Assembly: GCA_039028615.1 (NCBI GenBank)
Contig: JBCCHT010000014.1
Coordinates: forward strand, 64,001-128,000
Reading direction: 5' to 3'
Source: Myxococcota bacterium
GTDB lineage: Bacteria; Myxococcota_A; Polyangia; Nannocystales; Nannocystaceae
DNA: 64,000 nucleotides
Position 1 is the stretch's first letter; each line of letters opens with the position of its first letter. The notes under the pieces were generated by a model. It was given only the letters and a program-made list of their open reading frames with translations, was not told where the DNA came from and did not search any database. Of the stretch, positions 48,929-58,487 are shown piece by piece. Made by a program: the position numbers and the translations under genes.

Positions 48929-50992
48929 ATGTCGTCGATCTCGGATGCCACGCTCCGCCCCTTGTTCCAGCCGCAGCCCGAGTCGCCGGTGCGTGCGCTC
49001 GTCGTGGCCGGTGCATGCGGCAACGTCGGTTTCGGCAAGCTCGGTCAGTTCGCTCGCCTCTTGGTCAAGCACGGCGTCCCCGTCGTCGCCCTCGACTTGT
49101 CCCCCGCCGTGAACGAGGTCGGTGACAAGCTCCGCAAGGCCTTCGGCAAGCGCTTCTCCACCGAGCAGGTCGACGCGATCCTCGACAACGTCCGCATCGT
49201 GCAGGGCGGCATCAACGATCTGCCCAAGGAGCTGCAGGTCGGCTTCGTGTTCGAGGCCATCCCCGAGCGCCTGAACATCAAGCACGCCTTCTACCGGGAG
49301 ATTCGCGCCCGCGACCCCGAGGCCTTCATCTTCTCGGCCACCAGCGGCTTCCCCTCGACCATGCTCTTCGAGGGCCTGCCCGGGGCCGAGCGCTGCGGCG
49401 TGATGCACCCCTTCTTCCCGCACCTGACCAACAAGCTGTGGGAGGTCCCCACCACGGGCGCGGTCACGGGCAACGGCGAGCTCAAGACGGTCCGCAAGTT
49501 CCTCGGTGGGCTGGGCATGAACCTCATCCCGGTCAAGGACGTGCCCTCCTTCGCCGCCGACCGCCTGTTCTGCGGGATGATGCTCGAGGCCGTCCGCATC
49601 CACGTGGACACGGGCCTGTCTCCCGCGCAGGTCGACGACGTCTGCAAGAAGGTGCTCGGCACCTCGCCGTTCTTCGTCCACAACCTGATCCCGGGCGCCA
49701 ACTACCTTTCGGCCCACTGCATGGAGCTGATGAAGAGCGAGGTCGACTCCACGCTCTTTTCCATCCCCGAGGCCTGGCAGCCCTATATCGAGGACGCGCA
49801 CAAGCAGTGGCCCTACGAGCGCGGCCAGAAATGCCCGCCCGAGCAGTTCGGCATCGTCCGCGACCGCATGCTCGGCATGCTGCTGTCGCTGACCACGTAC
49901 ATGATCGAGCACGAGGTCGCGCCGGTCGACTCGCTCAACTTCCTCTGTGAAAACGCCCTCGCCTTCCGCTCGGGCATGCCGGCCATGGTCTACGAGCTGG
50001 GCTTCGACAAGGTCCGCGAGCTCATCCAGGGCTTCTGCGACTCGCAGGGCATCACCAAGGCCGACGAGGTCGCGCCCGTCGGCGTGCTGAAGGCCGACGC
50101 CGCGCCGTGGCACGAGGTCTACGTGGGCACCTCGGTGCACGGCAAGGTCGGCCTGCTCTCGCTCAAGCGCGGCACCATCAACCACACCTTCGTCGCTCAG
50201 CTCGACGAGGCCTACGAGCGCTTCGCCGCCGACGATGCGGTCGAGGCCATCGTCATCGCGCCCGACGGCACCTATAGCCGCGAGTTCGGGCACGGGGCCG
50301 ACCTGGGGGCGTTCGTGCCCGTGCTCGGCAAGCAAGACGCGGCGCTGGGTCTCATCCAGAAGTGGAAGCAGACGCTCGGCAAGCTGCGCGCGGGCAAGCC
50401 CACCGTGGCCGCGCTCGTCGGTCGGGTGCTCGGCGGAGGCTTCGAGCTCGCCGTCGCCTGCCACGCTCGCATCGCCGGCCAGGGCACGCGCCTGGCCTTC
50501 CCCGAGACCACCGTCGGGGTCATCCCCGGCCTGGGCGGCTGCCACAACGCGCATCGCCTGGCCAATGAAGAGGCCTGGCCGCGCATCAACGAGATCCTGC
50601 TGACCGGCCACGGCATCAAGGTCGACGAAGCCGCGCAGTGGGGCCTCGTCTCCGAAATCGTGCCCATCCCCGAGCTGCCCGGTGCCAGCATGAAGCTCGC
50701 CGCCGCGCTGGCCAGCGGCGCCACGCCCATGCCCAGCTACCGCGAGGGCCCGGCGCAGATCAGCGTGAACACGGACGTGGCCACCACCAACGAGGCCGGC
50801 GTGGCGCTGGACGCCAAGCTCCGCGAGCTGTTGGTGTCCACCATCGTCGACGCCAACGGAGCCACCGCGGCCGAGGGCGGCGCCATCGAGGAACAACGCG
50901 CGGCGCAGAGCCTGGCGATGAGTTCCTCCGCGATCGGAGTCAAGGCGATGATGCGGGGCAAGCCGCCCCAATTCGAAAACCCCCTGGGCTAA
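48929..50992 (+). CDS. 3-hydroxyacyl-CoA dehydrogenase / enoyl-CoA hydratase fusion
   Basis: VFEAIPERLNIK, SATS, MHPFFP...WEV; crotonase GADL, LGGGFELAVAC, PETTVGVIPGLGG. Confidence 0.88.
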   Translation: MSSISDATLRPLFQPQPESPVRALVVAGACGNVGFGKLGQFARLLVKHGVPVVALDLSPAVNEVGDKLRKAFGKRFSTEQVDAILDNVRIVQGGINDLPKELQVGFVFEAIPERLNIKHAFYREIRARDPEAFIFSATSGFPSTMLFEGLPGAERCGVMHPFFPHLTNKLWEVPTTGAVTGNGELKTVRKFLGGLGMNLIPVKDVPSFAADRLFCGMMLEAVRIHVDTGLSPAQVDDVCKKVLGTSPFFVHNLIPGANYLSAHCMELMKSEVDSTLFSIPEAWQPYIEDAHKQWPYERGQKCPPEQFGIVRDRMLGMLLSLTTYMIEHEVAPVDSLNFLCENALAFRSGMPAMVYELGFDKVRELIQGFCDSQGITKADEVAPVGVLKADAAPWHEVYVGTSVHGKVGLLSLKRGTINHTFVAQLDEAYERFAADDAVEAIVIAPDGTYSREFGHGADLGAFVPVLGKQDAALGLIQKWKQTLGKLRAGKPTVAALVGRVLGGGFELAVACHARIAGQGTRLAFPETTVGVIPGLGGCHNAHRLANEEAWPRINEILLTGHGIKVDEAAQWGLVSEIVPIPELPGASMKLAAALASGATPMPSYREGPAQISVNTDVATTNEAGVALDAKLRELLVSTIVDANGATAAEGGAIEEQRAAQSLAMSSSAIGVKAMMRGKPPQFENPLG

Positions 50993-51011
50993 TCGCTACG
51001 ACGTTCCTCGC

Positions 51012-51053
51012 ACGAAGGGCCCACGCCACGCGGCGCGGGCCCTTCGTTCGTTT
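51012..51053 (+). terminator. Intrinsic terminator
   Basis: ACGAAGGGCCC...GGGCCCTTCGT then TCGTTT, 20 nt after the stop. Confidence 0.7.
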
Positions 51054-51098
51054 CCGAACTGCCACCCCGTCGCGGCCCCACGATACACTGGTAGTGGT

Positions 51099-51680
51099 AT
51101 GTGGAAGTCCAAGGCGCTCGCGGGCGGCGGTCATCGTCATCAGTGGATCGAGGACGGTGAACCGGTCGACTGGGAGCGCTACGCGGGTCGGCTCGCCTGC
51201 GACGAGAGCACTCGGTCTGCCTTGACCACGCTACTGGCCGACAGCGAGCACGAGGCGCTGTACTGGGAGACCGTGCCCTCTTCCTTCGAGACACGCGACC
51301 GTGCGTTCGAGATGGTGGTACTTCCCAGCAAGAGTCTCGGGCGTCGGACTGCATCCTCCGATGCCTTCGCTGCCGAGCTCGGCGGGTCGGGCCCCAGCAT
51401 CCGTAGCTTCCCCAACCTCGGTCGCGACGCGCTGCTCGTCGTGCCCACGCCCATGGGTGATGAGCGGGTCTACGGACACCTCGCCGCGTTCGTTCGCGGC
51501 GCTCCGCCCGACCAAGTCGATGCCCTGTGGGAAGCGGTGGGCGAGGCGATCGAAGAGCGCTGGGCCGAGAACCCGCGGCCGCTGTGGGTCAGCACCGCGG
51601 GTGATGGCGTTCCGTGGCTGCACGTGCGGCTCGACCAGCGTCCGAAGTACTACGGTCACACGCCCTTTCGCCGCCCCTGA
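51099..51680 (+). CDS. Conserved hypothetical protein (DUF6940-like)
   Basis: FPNLGRDALLVVP, YGHLAAFVR, WVSTAGDGVPWLHVRLD..PKYY; family name from recollection. Confidence 0.7.
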   Translation: MWKSKALAGGGHRHQWIEDGEPVDWERYAGRLACDESTRSALTTLLADSEHEALYWETVPSSFETRDRAFEMVVLPSKSLGRRTASSDAFAAELGGSGPSIRSFPNLGRDALLVVPTPMGDERVYGHLAAFVRGAPPDQVDALWEAVGEAIEERWAENPRPLWVSTAGDGVPWLHVRLDQRPKYYGHTPFRRP

Positions 51681-51692
51681 CTCGTGGGTGAG

Positions 51693-52610
51693 TCAGGGTC
51701 CGAAGCACCGGCTCAACGCTCGCTCGACCTCGCCTCTAAACCACGACAGCGCAGGATCGGACGCTGACAGTCGGCTCTCGTAGACGGCCAAGCGGAGCGG
51801 CGGAACCTCGACCGGACAGGGGAGCTCGACGAGTTCGAATCGCTCGGCCACCCCGGCGAGCACCCCCCGCGGCACGGTCAGCAGCATGTCGGTGGCAGCC
51901 AGCAACGCGGGCGCAAGCATGAAGTGGGGCAGCAAGGGACCGAGCCGACGCCGAAGACCGAGTCGTTCCAGCACCTCGTCGATGGGTCCCGCCCCAGCGG
52001 CGGGCGTGCGCACGCGGACGTGCGAGTACGCGAGCCAGCCTTCCAGCCCCCACTCCTCCGTCGCGGGGTGGTCACGGCGCGCAAACACGGACCAGGGGAG
52101 CACGAGCGAGCCTCGCCGGACGACCCCTTCCTCCAGCGGCAGGCGCTGTGGCGCGACCGCCAAGTCGAAGCGCCCCAGCGCGATGTCTCGCAGCAGCCCC
52201 CGCGCGGGCGCGACCAGCTCGAGCTGAGCATCGGGGGCCACGGCGCTCATCGAAGCGGCCAGCTCCGGCAGGATGGCCGCCAGGAAATCCGGGGCGACGA
52301 GACGAAAGGTCCGAGTCGAAGCGGCGGGGTCCCAGCCGAGATCGGAGGTGAGGATGCGGTCGAGCGTTTGAAGCACGCGCTTGAGCTCAGGAGCGAGCTG
52401 CCGCCCTCGCGGTGTGGGCTCCATGCGTCCGCCGACCCGAGCCAGGATTGGATCGCCCAGGTGCTCGCGAAGCCGCGCCAAGGCATGGCTGACCGCGGAC
52501 TGCGAGCGGCCGAGACGAGCCGCGGCCTTGGTCACGTGCTGCTCCTCGAGCAGCACATCGAGTGCCACCAGCAGGTTCAGGTCCAGGTTCCGAACATCTA
52601 TCTCATGCAT
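51693..52610 (-). CDS. LysR-family regulator (NodD/LeuO-like)
   Basis: LDLNLLVAL...VTKAAARLGRSQSAVSHALARLR. Confidence 0.95.
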   Translation of the reverse strand: MHEIDVRNLDLNLLVALDVLLEEQHVTKAAARLGRSQSAVSHALARLREHLGDPILARVGGRMEPTPRGRQLAPELKRVLQTLDRILTSDLGWDPAASTRTFRLVAPDFLAAILPELAASMSAVAPDAQLELVAPARGLLRDIALGRFDLAVAPQRLPLEEGVVRRGSLVLPWSVFARRDHPATEEWGLEGWLAYSHVRVRTPAAGAGPIDEVLERLGLRRRLGPLLPHFMLAPALLAATDMLLTVPRGVLAGVAERFELVELPCPVEVPPLRLAVYESRLSASDPALSWFRGEVERALSRCFGP

Positions 52611-52612
52611 GC

Positions 52613-52633
52613 CCAATGCAGCTAACCCATTGG
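52613..52633. promoter_or_regulatory. Putative LysR operator
   Basis: CCAATG-N9-CATTGG containing T-N11-A, flanked by ATGCAT on both sides, between divergent genes. Confidence 0.6.
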
Positions 52634-52703
52634 ATGCATGATGCCGTGGGGCCTAGGTTGTGGGCAACGAGCCGCGGTCGCGGCCGGGCGAACGGACGCC
52701 ACC

Positions 52704-53702
52704 ATGCGAGCCTACGTGCTGAAAAAGCCCAACAATCCCCTCCAATTACGCGATCTTTCGCCGCCGAATCCCGGCCCCTCCGAGGTCCGAGTTCAGACCA
52801 CGGCCGTGGCGATTCACCCGGTCGATGTGGAGACCAGCACGGGCAAGAACGGGATGCTCCTGCCGCAGCGACGGCCCTTCGTACCGGGGGTCGACTTCGT
52901 GGGTCGGGTGACGGCGGTGGGCTCGGCGGTCGCCGATCTGTCCGTCGGGGCGCGGGTGTTCGGCTACCGCGGACTGGCCGATATGGGGGCGTTCGCGGAG
53001 CAAGCGTGTGTCTCCCGCGATGTGGTGGCAGCCGTCCCCGCGACGCTCACCGACGTGGAAGCGGCCACCCTCCCCCTTCCCGCTCTGTGCACATTGCAGG
53101 CTCTGGACGCAACCGCGGGCGAAGGTCGCAAGCGGGTGCTGGTCCACGGTGGCGCGGGCGGGGTGGGCAGCGTGGCCGTGCAGCTGCTGGCCGGTCTCGG
53201 TCACGAGGTGGCTGCCACCGCCAACGGTCGAGACGCCGCGTGGGTGCAAGCGCTCGGGGCTCACGAGGTCATCGACTACACCACCACGCGTTTCGAGGAG
53301 CGGGTGCAGCAGGTCGACCTGGTGCTCGACACGGTCGGCGGCGACACCCTGTCGCGCTCGTTCTCGGTCGTGGCCGATGGCGGCACGGTGGCTTCGCTCG
53401 CCGCGATGCCCACGGCCGCGGCCCTGCGTGAAGCAGGACTACGGGTGCCCGGCCCCATGGCGCTGCTGCTGCCCGTGCTCGGGTGGTCGCTGCGCCGACG
53501 CTCCCGGGCGGCCGGTGTCGTGTTCATCCCGCAGGTGACCGTCCCCAGCGGCGAGCGATTGCGTCGAGCGGCCCGCGTCGTGAAAGCCCATGGTCTGTCG
53601 CCCCGCATCGCCCAGACCTTCCCCTTCGAAGCCCTCAACGACGCCATCACGATGGCGAGCCAAGGCACGGCCCGCGGCCGCGTCGTGGTCACCACGGACT
53701 GA
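52704..53702 (+). CDS. NADP-dependent MDR (quinone oxidoreductase-like) enzyme
   Basis: HPVD, PGVDFVG, VLVHGGAGGVGS, GRVVV. Confidence 0.9.
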   Translation: MRAYVLKKPNNPLQLRDLSPPNPGPSEVRVQTTAVAIHPVDVETSTGKNGMLLPQRRPFVPGVDFVGRVTAVGSAVADLSVGARVFGYRGLADMGAFAEQACVSRDVVAAVPATLTDVEAATLPLPALCTLQALDATAGEGRKRVLVHGGAGGVGSVAVQLLAGLGHEVAATANGRDAAWVQALGAHEVIDYTTTRFEERVQQVDLVLDTVGGDTLSRSFSVVADGGTVASLAAMPTAAALREAGLRVPGPMALLLPVLGWSLRRRSRAAGVVFIPQVTVPSGERLRRAARVVKAHGLSPRIAQTFPFEALNDAITMASQGTARGRVVVTTD

Positions 53703-53707
53703 ACACC

Positions 53708-54475
53708 ATGAACAACGCCCAACAACTCCGAGACCTCGTACAAACCGCCATGGATGCCATTCTCGTGCGTCACGATCGTGAGGAGGTGCGAGCTCACTTC
53801 CACCCGGATTTCGTGCAGCACAACCCCTGGGCCGACGATGGCGGTGCCCACGTGGAAGCGATGTGCGACTTCACCTTCGGCGTCGACATGCGCCGATGGA
53901 TCGTGCAAGGGGACCTCGTCGCCTACCACGGGCTGTACACCGCTCCGAACCCACTCGGCGAACACCCGCTGCTGTGCGTGGACATCTGGCGCGTGCAGGG
54001 AGATCAGATCGTCGAGCACTGGGATGCGCTGATGCCCACACCACCCGATGTCGCCGAGATCATGCTCGCCGGCCCGGGAGATGGCTTCGCCGACGTGGCC
54101 CCCGCCCAGGTGGCGAGCCATGCCGCACGAGCGCGACGCCTGTTGGAGGTTGGCGTCCGCGGGGTCGATCGAGAGGTCATCCGCTCCATCCTCGCGCCGG
54201 GCTCGACGCTCCATCGCCCCGACGTCGAGCCGGGCACGGCGAACGACCTGTTCGTCCAGTGGGTCGAGTCCAAGCGGCCGACCGTCGAGGTACGGCACAC
54301 GCTGGCCTCCGGCGATCTGGTGCTGATTCAGGCGGTCATCACCATCGCAGGCCACGAACAGGTCGCGTACCACCTGTATCGCTTCGATGGCGAGGGACGA
54401 GTCAGCGACCTTTGGCAGGTCGCGCAGGACCGGCTGCCGCTGGCGGACGCCGCCAACCCGCACCCGCACTTTTGA
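53708..54475 (+). CDS. Tandem SnoaL/NTF2-like protein
   Basis: FVQHNP...GDLV...DIWRV.GDQIVEHWD plus a second degenerate copy. Confidence 0.85.
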   Translation: MNNAQQLRDLVQTAMDAILVRHDREEVRAHFHPDFVQHNPWADDGGAHVEAMCDFTFGVDMRRWIVQGDLVAYHGLYTAPNPLGEHPLLCVDIWRVQGDQIVEHWDALMPTPPDVAEIMLAGPGDGFADVAPAQVASHAARARRLLEVGVRGVDREVIRSILAPGSTLHRPDVEPGTANDLFVQWVESKRPTVEVRHTLASGDLVLIQAVITIAGHEQVAYHLYRFDGEGRVSDLWQVAQDRLPLADAANPHPHF

Positions 54476-54498
54476 GCCGTGCGGGCCGCCCCGCGGAG

Positions 54499-57435
54499 TC
54501 AGGCCGTGGGGCGCGGCCGCGGGGTACTCGGGGGACGAGGGCAGATGCCCGCGTCGCCGATGCTGACCAGCTCTCCGTCCTTCCGCACGAGCACGCACTC
54601 GCGAACCATGCGGTGGTCGGGGATGCGCTCGCCGAGCAGCGCCTCGACCACCTCGCGGGGACGCGCCCCGCCCTCTCCGTCGAGGCACAGACGAAACGCC
54701 AACGAGCGCTCGCGCAGCTGCACGTCGAGGAGCTTGGGCTTGATGTCCACGTCCTTGACCGCGGGCGGCGGCGCAGCGCGACGCTTGCCTTTGCCCTTGC
54801 CCTTGCTGCGGCGCGACTTCTTGTGCCGCACGCGTTGCACGATGATCTCGGGCTCGGCCAGCCGCGACTGCAGGTTCTCGGCCAGGTGCTCGGCCTGCTC
54901 CTCCGTGAGCGCGACCGCGTAGTCGGCCCCCGCCACGAGCTGTCCGAGCCGCATCTCCGAGGGCCCCACGATCCGCGCCGACTGCAGGCCCAGTCCCGGA
55001 GGCGCGACCGCCCGCAGCCGCTGCAGCAGCTCGGCGGCCATTTGCTCGCGCTCGGAGTCGTCGAGCATGTCCGCCAGGTCCTCGTCGGAGCGCGGCAGCA
55101 ACACGTCCACGTCGACGACCTCGGCGTGCGCCCCGACGCCCAGCGCCAACGCCGGGCCGAAGCTCATGCGCGGCAGCGGGTTGAAGCCCCGCGAGAACGC
55201 CTGCTCGATACCCGCCCGCCGGAACATCCGCGGGAGCACGCGCAGCAGGTCACGATGCCCCAAAAAGCGCAGCGTGCCGTACTTGCCGAAGACCAGCCGC
55301 AGCCGCGAGTGCGGCGCTTCGGCGTTGGCCTTGAACGCGGAATCCTCGTCGTGGTTGCTCGGCGCCAGGTGGCCGCGCAGCCGCGAGATGTTCACCAGCT
55401 CGGGGTTCGGCACCACGGGCTGCGGGTCGTCGTCCCCCGCCCGGTCGCGCAGCGTCGACAAGGTGCGCAGCGAGTCGATCCTCTCGCTGCGCATCTGGGT
55501 CATGTCGCAGGCGATGCCGCAGTCGTAGCAGACCAAGCGGCGCTCGTCGGCCTCGGCCGCCGCGAGCTCGCGGTGGTGCACCTGGTCCCCTGCCGCCTTG
55601 CCGCAGGGCGGGCTGATGCGGCTGCCCAGCGCCTTGCGGTACTCGTCGGCCAGGAACCCATCGTCGATGCCGACGTCGATGTGGTCCCAGGGCAGCTTGG
55701 CGTCCACGGGCAGCGTGCGGGTGTAGATGGTCGGATCGATGTCCGCGGCCTCGAGCGCGTCGAGCCAGCGCTCGAAGGAGAAGCACTCGCGCCAGCCCTC
55801 GAAGCGCGCGCCCGCCAGGTAGGCGTGCTCGAGCGCCTCGCCGAGCTTGCGGTCGCCCCGGGCAAACAGGCACTCGAGCCAGCTCTCGCGTACCTCGTGG
55901 GTCTTGAGCCCCACCCGCGAGCGCCGGGTCATCTCGCGCAGCAGCTGCACCTTGGAGTGCAGGTCTTCCATGGAGTCCATGGCCGCCCACTGGAAGGGCG
56001 TATGCGGCTTGGGCACGTGCTGCGAGACGCTGACCGTGATCCCGGGAAGCCGCGACAGCTCCATGGTCTTGGCCATCTCGAGCACGCGCTCGCCGGTCTG
56101 CACGATCCCGGCGACATCGGCTTCGGTCTCGGTGGGCAAGCCCATGATGAAGTACATCTTCATGCGGTCGTAGCCGCGCTCGAAGATGCGACGCGCCGAG
56201 GCCATGATGTCCTCCTCGGAGACGTTCTTGTTGATCACGTTGCGCATGCGCTGCGTGCCGGCCTCGGGGGCGAAGGTCAGCCCCGAGATGCCCACGCGCT
56301 TGATCTCGTCGAGCAGGCCGCCGGTCAGGCCGTAGGCGCGAAGGCTCGCCACGCCGAGCTTGGCCTTGCGCTTGACCAGCTCGGGCACCAGCGTCTTGAT
56401 GAGCGGGTCGATGCACGACACGTCCGCGGTGGACAGCGCGGTCAGGCTCGTCTCGGAGAACCCGGCCGCATCCACCCCGCCGAGCACCGCGTCGACCACC
56501 GCCTCGGGGCTGCGCTCGCGAACCGGCCGATAGATGATGCCCGCCTGGCAGAAGCGACAGCCCTCGGTGCAGCCCCGGGTGATCTCCACCGACGCGCGGT
56601 CGAAGATGGCCTCCGCGTAGGGCACGGGAAAGCGCTGCGGGAACGGGAACTTGTCGAGGTCGCGGACCCAGATCCGCTCGATCCGCTCGGGCGCACCGAC
56701 CTCCACGCCGCGCTCGGTCCGACCGACCACCACCTGCATGCCCGTCCGCTCGTCGGTCTCCACCCGATACAACGAGGGCACGTAGATCCCCGGCATGGTG
56801 GCCAGGGCCGCGAGCTGGTCCGCGCGCGAGCGTCCGTCGCGACGCATCTGGCCGATGGTGCGCAGCAGCGAGGGCAGCAGCTCCTCCGCCTCGCCCACCA
56901 TCACTGCGTCGACGAAGGGCGTCAGCGGCTCGGGATGGGTGGCGGTCGGGCCTCCCGCGATCACGATGGGATCGTCCTCGCCTCGGTCCGCGCTCCGCAG
57001 CGGAATGCCGCCCAAGTCGAGGTTGAGCAGCACGTTGCTGTAACACAGCTCGTACTGGAGGCTGACCCCGACCACGTCGAAGTCCCGCAGCGCCGTATAC
57101 GTCTCGAGGCTCACCAGCGGCAGGTCGTGCTCGCGCAGGCCCTGCTCGAGATCCGTCCACGGGCTGAAGGCACGCTCGCAGACCAAGTCGTCGTGGCCGT
57201 TGACCAGGTCGTAGATGATCCGCGTGCCGAGGTGGCTCATCCCGACCTCGTAGAGATCGGGGAAGGCCAGGACGAAGGTGCACGCCAGACCGTCGTGGTC
57301 CTTGACGATGCGCTGCTCTTCGCCGCCGAGGTAACGCCCCGGTTTTTGGACCGAGGTCAGCAGCTCCGCGTAGGGATGCTCGCGCAGGACGGCGGGGTCC
57401 TCCGGCATCTCGGGAATCGGGGCGTGAGCGTCCAT
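54499..57435 (-). CDS. B12-binding radical SAM protein (TIGR03960-like) fused to a radical SAM-linked domain (TIGR03936-like)
   Basis: [40 protein letters not shown]...[14 protein letters not shown]. Confidence 0.92.
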   Translation of the reverse strand: MDAHAPIPEMPEDPAVLREHPYAELLTSVQKPGRYLGGEEQRIVKDHDGLACTFVLAFPDLYEVGMSHLGTRIIYDLVNGHDDLVCERAFSPWTDLEQGLREHDLPLVSLETYTALRDFDVVGVSLQYELCYSNVLLNLDLGGIPLRSADRGEDDPIVIAGGPTATHPEPLTPFVDAVMVGEAEELLPSLLRTIGQMRRDGRSRADQLAALATMPGIYVPSLYRVETDERTGMQVVVGRTERGVEVGAPERIERIWVRDLDKFPFPQRFPVPYAEAIFDRASVEITRGCTEGCRFCQAGIIYRPVRERSPEAVVDAVLGGVDAAGFSETSLTALSTADVSCIDPLIKTLVPELVKRKAKLGVASLRAYGLTGGLLDEIKRVGISGLTFAPEAGTQRMRNVINKNVSEEDIMASARRIFERGYDRMKMYFIMGLPTETEADVAGIVQTGERVLEMAKTMELSRLPGITVSVSQHVPKPHTPFQWAAMDSMEDLHSKVQLLREMTRRSRVGLKTHEVRESWLECLFARGDRKLGEALEHAYLAGARFEGWRECFSFERWLDALEAADIDPTIYTRTLPVDAKLPWDHIDVGIDDGFLADEYRKALGSRISPPCGKAAGDQVHHRELAAAEADERRLVCYDCGIACDMTQMRSERIDSLRTLSTLRDRAGDDDPQPVVPNPELVNISRLRGHLAPSNHDEDSAFKANAEAPHSRLRLVFGKYGTLRFLGHRDLLRVLPRMFRRAGIEQAFSRGFNPLPRMSFGPALALGVGAHAEVVDVDVLLPRSDEDLADMLDDSEREQMAAELLQRLRAVAPPGLGLQSARIVGPSEMRLGQLVAGADYAVALTEEQAEHLAENLQSRLAEPEIIVQRVRHKKSRRSKGKGKGKRRAAPPPAVKDVDIKPKLLDVQLRERSLAFRLCLDGEGGARPREVVEALLGERIPDHRMVRECVLVRKDGELVSIGDAGICPRPPSTPRPRPTA

Positions 57436-57551
57436 GCTGGCCTTGTCCACGTCATTGGCCCAAGTGCCATAAAAGCGAGAGAAGGAAAAGCCACCCCGCG
57501 GAGAACGCGGCCTTGCGCGAGGCTCGCGCGTGCTTATCATGCGGGGCCGAC

Positions 57552-58484
57552 GTGAAGGACCTGTATCAGCACCTGGGCGTAGCCAAAGACGCCAGCGCCA
57601 CTGACGTCAAGAAGGCCTATCGCAAGCTCGCCAAGCAGTATCACCCTGATCGCAACCCGGGTGACGCCGCGGCCGAGGAGAAATTCAAGAACGTCTCCTC
57701 CGCCTACGAGGTCCTGGGCGACGCCGACAAGCGGTCGCTGTACGACGAATTCGGCGAGATGAGCCTCACCCAGGGCTTCGACGCGGACAAGGCCCGGGCC
57801 TACCGATCCGCGCGCTCGAGCGGCTTCGGGGGCGGCGGCGGCATGCCCGGCATGGGCCCCGACGTGTTCCAGGATTTCGGCGACGCTCGCGCAACGAGCT
57901 TCGAGGACCTGCTGCACGCTCTGTTCCGGGGCCAAAGCAAGGCCCAGTCCGCCCGCGGCAGCGATGTCAACGGAGACATCACCGTCAGCCTCATGGACGC
58001 CCTGCATGGCGTGACCGTGCCGCTGCGCCTCGACATGGGCGGCAAGAGCCGCACCGTCAAGGTCAAGGTGCCGCAGGGCATGCCCGACGGCGGCAAGCTG
58101 CGGCTGCGCGGCCAGGGGGGCGCGGGCCAGCCTCCCGGCGACGTCATCCTCGCGGTGCGCGTCAAACCCCACGATTCGATGCGCCGCGACGGTCAGAACC
58201 TCCGGCTCACCCTGCCCATCACGGCGTACGAGGCCTACCGCGGCGGGCCCATCGACAACGTGCCCACGCCCTGGGGGCCAGTCACGCTCAAGCTCCCCGC
58301 CGGGGCGAAAACCGGCCAGCGGTTGCGTCTGCGCGGCAAAGGCGTGCAAGTGCCCGGTCGCGATCCCGGCGATCTGTACGTGCAGCTCGAAGTGCAGATG
58401 CCCAAGGCGGGCGACCAAGCCCTGCTCGAGGCGCTCGAGCGCCTGCAGGGCAAGGACGACGCCCGCAGCGAGATGACGTTGTAG
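57552..58484 (+). CDS. Class B J-domain protein (CbpA-like, no zinc finger)
   Basis: [18 protein letters not shown] region, LRLRGQG / LRLRGKG. Confidence 0.92.
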   Translation: MKDLYQHLGVAKDASATDVKKAYRKLAKQYHPDRNPGDAAAEEKFKNVSSAYEVLGDADKRSLYDEFGEMSLTQGFDADKARAYRSARSSGFGGGGGMPGMGPDVFQDFGDARATSFEDLLHALFRGQSKAQSARGSDVNGDITVSLMDALHGVTVPLRLDMGGKSRTVKVKVPQGMPDGGKLRLRGQGGAGQPPGDVILAVRVKPHDSMRRDGQNLRLTLPITAYEAYRGGPIDNVPTPWGPVTLKLPAGAKTGQRLRLRGKGVQVPGRDPGDLYVQLEVQMPKAGDQALLEALERLQGKDDARSEMTL

Positions 58485-58487
58485 GCG

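Noticed and set aside
57455..57472. TGGCAC as a sigma54 promoter (also near 30420)
   Set aside because: No GC at the required GG-N10-GC spacing
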